The notes beneath the pieces are model-generated. The model had not been told where the DNA came from. It did not search any database and was given only the letters and a program-made list of their open reading frames with translations. From sequence record SRR31156797_4149: a stretch of DNA of 38,291 nucleotides. One strand, written 5' to 3'. The translations under genes were made by a program, and so were the position numbers. Shown one piece after another: positions 35,525 to 38,291 of the stretch. Position 1 is the stretch's first letter; each line of letters opens with the position of its first letter.

Positions 35525-37057
35525 ATGAAAAGATATATATATTTATTCTTCATTTGCTTAGGGCTGTCATTTACAGCCTGTGATGAAGATTTTCTAGAGG
35601 TAAAATCTCCAGATCAATTGACAGGAGATAATTTTTGGAGAAATCAATCGGATGCAGAAGCCGGATTGGCTGCCGCCTACTCTCAATTGGAATGTGCGAC
35701 AAGCTACTGGGGATTTGCAGAGATTAAATTTACAGTTGAATTGTTTCCATCTGATTTGATTAAACTAGGTAACGACCCTTACAACTACGAGGATTGGTTT
35801 TCTATTTACAATTACAATGTTAGTCCAGGTAATACACAAACTTCCAGCTATTGGAACATCCATTATCAAGGAATCAACTATGCCAATCAGGTAATTGAAA
35901 AAGTTGGAGCTATGACAGAAGAACAAATTCCAACAAAACTAAAGGATGAAATTGTTGCTGAAGCTCACTTTTTAAGAGGTTATTATCACCTTAAATTATT
36001 ACTGAATTGGAAAGAAATTATCCTTCAAAGTTCTTATGCTAAAGGAATTTCCGATATCGATCGTCCTTTAAGTGAAAGAGCTGACTGTTGGAGTTTTATT
36101 GTAGATGATTTTAAAGCTGCTGCTGCAAAACTGCCAACCGAATATACTCAGGAAAACATTGGTAGAGCAACTCAATACACTGCTTTAGCATATCTGGGTA
36201 AAGCAAGTTTATATCGTTCAAGTGAAGATGCTGAAAATGCTAACACATATTTAAACGAAGCAAAAACTGCTTTCGCTTCTGTTGTAGGTAGTGGCAAATA
36301 TGACTTGGTTAATTCGTTCATATCTCTATTTGATGGGACGAACCAAAACTCTGAAGAAGCAATATTTGAACTTCAATTGTCTACGAATACCGACAATGGC
36401 GCATGGTTTAAATTCCCTTATCACAGATGGCTTAAACCAGCTGGTCTTGGCGGTTGGGACGAAATTGCTGGTAGTGATTTCCTTTTAGCTGAATTCAAAA
36501 AAGAAGGAAAGACTGCTACTGATGGTCGGTATGATCATAGATTGTATGAAACTCTTTTCTTCGAAGATGAGTATTTCAATGATACAGATAATCCAAGAGT
36601 TTATGGTTCTACATTTTACGAATGGTGGGACTGGGCAGGTGTTCCTTACAACAAAACAGGATTTAGAAAATATCTTCCTGCAAGTCAAGATGAACTAAAT
36701 GCCTATTCTATTGGGAACAACATTCCATTGCTTAGATATGCAGACGTATTGTTAATGTACGCAGAGACCTTGAATGAATTGAATGAAACCGGAGCTGCAA
36801 TTACGCATATCAATACAGTAAGAACACGAGCAGGAATGCCTGCAATGACAGGTTCTAGTATAACCGATGTTAGAACCCAAATTGAGCATGAAAGAATTTG
36901 TGAATTTGCTATGGAAGCATCAAGATTCCACGATTTAAGAAGATGGGGAAAATTAACTGAAACCATGAATAATCATGGCAGATCAGGCGTAACTGACGCA
37001 GATCACTTCTTCCCTATCCCTGAAACCGAAACCAACTCAAACAATAGCATTGATTAG
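35525..37057 (+). CDS. susD: RagB/SusD family lipoprotein
   Basis: Lipobox FTAC; AEAHFLRGYY, GRAT, RYADVLLMYAE, ERICEFAME..RFHDLRRWG, FPIP..E. Confidence 0.94.
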   Translation: MKRYIYLFFICLGLSFTACDEDFLEVKSPDQLTGDNFWRNQSDAEAGLAAAYSQLECATSYWGFAEIKFTVELFPSDLIKLGNDPYNYEDWFSIYNYNVSPGNTQTSSYWNIHYQGINYANQVIEKVGAMTEEQIPTKLKDEIVAEAHFLRGYYHLKLLLNWKEIILQSSYAKGISDIDRPLSERADCWSFIVDDFKAAAAKLPTEYTQENIGRATQYTALAYLGKASLYRSSEDAENANTYLNEAKTAFASVVGSGKYDLVNSFISLFDGTNQNSEEAIFELQLSTNTDNGAWFKFPYHRWLKPAGLGGWDEIAGSDFLLAEFKKEGKTATDGRYDHRLYETLFFEDEYFNDTDNPRVYGSTFYEWWDWAGVPYNKTGFRKYLPASQDELNAYSIGNNIPLLRYADVLLMYAETLNELNETGAAITHINTVRTRAGMPAMTGSSITDVRTQIEHERICEFAMEASRFHDLRRWGKLTETMNNHGRSGVTDADHFFPIPETETNSNNSID

Positions 37058-37086
37058 GTTAGGTAATTATTAGTTATGGTTAGCTC

Positions 37087-37120
37087 GAAGTGCCCTCTTT
37101 TTACCGAGGGCACTTCTTCT
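37087..37120 (+). terminator. Terminator-like hairpin after susD
   Basis: GAAGTGCCCTC-tttttacc-GAGGGCACTTC-TTCT, a perfect 11-bp stem. Confidence 0.78.
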
Positions 37121-37193
37121 AAATCGATAGTCGAAAATATTACAATAAAATTTATGTAATTTCACCCCAAAGAACAAAAAAGATTAATTTATC

Positions 37194-37466
37194 ATGATTA
37201 CAGTTTTACTATTAATGACTCTGGGTATTGGATTAGGATTCTTCCTTGGTAAGTTTCCAAAAATCATTAAAGGAGTTGACAAAATGACCACCTGGTCGAT
37301 CTATTTGTTGTTGTTCCTATTGGGGATAGGAGTAGGACTAAATGAGAAAATAATAAACAATTTACACACTATTGGTTTGCAAGCTTTAATTCTAACTGTT
37401 GGTGCAGTATTGGGGAGTTTAATTTTCGCATACATTACCTATAGACTATTTTTTAAAAGTAAATAA
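37194..37466 (+). CDS. LysO/DUF340 family transporter, short subunit
   Basis: Three TM segments; I.LLLFLLGIGVG.N..II.NL..IG. Confidence 0.85.
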   Translation: MITVLLLMTLGIGLGFFLGKFPKIIKGVDKMTTWSIYLLLFLLGIGVGLNEKIINNLHTIGLQALILTVGAVLGSLIFAYITYRLFFKSK

Positions 37467-37491
37467 CCTAACGAACAGAATTCTCTGAACC

Positions 37492-38097
37492 ATGAAGAAC
37501 AGCTTAATTATACTTGGATTTTTTGTATTAGGATTGATTTTAGGATTAACCAGATTTCTACCTGACGTAATAATGGAATCTGATTTTTCAATGTATGCAT
37601 TATACTTGCTTATGTTTCTGGTTGGAATTGGCATTGGAGCCGACCGATCATCCTGGAAAGTAATTAAAGAAACCAACATTAAAATTATTCTCGTACCACT
37701 ATGTGTTATCGTCGGATCATTAGTTGGTGTTGCTGCAATCTCAATTTTCACACCCGAAATTCAAATAAAAGAAGCCTTAGCTGTAGGTGCTGGATTTGGA
37801 TACTATAGCTTATCCTCCATTTTCATTACTCAAATTAGTGGCGAAACCTTAGGAGTAATAGCCTTACTTTCAAATATAATGCGCGAAATTATAACATTAC
37901 TTGCAGTTCCTATTTTTGTAAAATACTTCGGAAAACTTGCAGGTATAGCTTCCGGTGGTGCAACAGCAATGGATACGACATTGCCAATTATCTCGAAATA
38001 TACAGGTAAAGAATGGGCCATTATTGCAGTTTTTAGTGGAATAGTACTCACCATACTTGTCCCATTTCTAGTTCCCTTTATATTGGAAGTACTTTAA
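37492..38097 (+). CDS. Lysine exporter LysO (YbjE/DUF340) family protein
   Basis: GAGFGYYSLSSI.I, ALLSNIMRE, GGATAMDTTLP.I. Confidence 0.9.
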   Translation: MKNSLIILGFFVLGLILGLTRFLPDVIMESDFSMYALYLLMFLVGIGIGADRSSWKVIKETNIKIILVPLCVIVGSLVGVAAISIFTPEIQIKEALAVGAGFGYYSLSSIFITQISGETLGVIALLSNIMREIITLLAVPIFVKYFGKLAGIASGGATAMDTTLPIISKYTGKEWAIIAVFSGIVLTILVPFLVPFILEVL

Positions 38098-38291
38098 TGC
38101 CATCCTTGTTCAAACGCACAACTTATCGGATTCTTGTTGTTTATTGGAAATAAATAATGATTGCCCTATAGAAGAAACTTATTCGTCAGAAATTTAACCT
38201 TTTATTAAAATAGTAAAGCGTGAAATATTAGTATTTAAGTCTTGTCAGTTTAGACAAAGATCAAAAAATTGCTTTTTTAAGCTTTGTAAGT

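Noticed and set aside
489-38054. Many 60-120 aa ORFs antisense to or nested in the main genes (e.g. 23027-23383, 32740-33102, 37446-37751)
   Set aside because: They are shadow ORFs of well-supported genes with no recognisable motifs.
37194-38097. Split LysO read as a frameshifted pseudogene
   Set aside because: Both ORFs have clean starts and stops 25 bp apart, and the two-gene form is common in Bacteroidota.

Overview
AT-rich chromosomal window from a Bacteroidota bacterium (T9SS cargo, SusC/SusD pairs, TAnnTTTG promoters). The gene content is consistent with a marine Marinilabiliales/Marinifilaceae organism, which is an inference. Left to right: the 3' end of an MBG-repeat T9SS protein; a DUF3857/transglutaminase/DUF2569 membrane protein; a hemerythrin plus REC-HisKA-HATPase kinase pair; a DUF3124 lipoprotein; a GNAT and CDF pair with degenerate attC-like boundaries; and an HU-like/DUF4469 DNA-binding gene. 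Next come an 8-gene ECF-sigma/anti-sigma PUL resembling the Bacteroides high-mannose N-glycan locus but lacking mannosidases; glycerate kinase; a hotdog thioesterase; an MFP-RND-TolC efflux operon; DUF493; galM; an orphan susC/susD pair; and a split LysO pair. The most unusual element is the DUF4469 gene, which has a long structured 5' hairpin and is followed by five 18-bp near-palindromes at an exact 23-bp period. Other non-coding signals are a probable antisense sRNA terminator at the fecR-susC junction, a ~430-nt susC leader with two hairpins sharing a CTACCAA loop, a hairpin between susC and susD, and an orphan terminator near 10.0 kb. No rRNA, tRNA, CRISPR array, integrase or transposase was seen. 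Family calls come from motif recognition by eye, not database searches.
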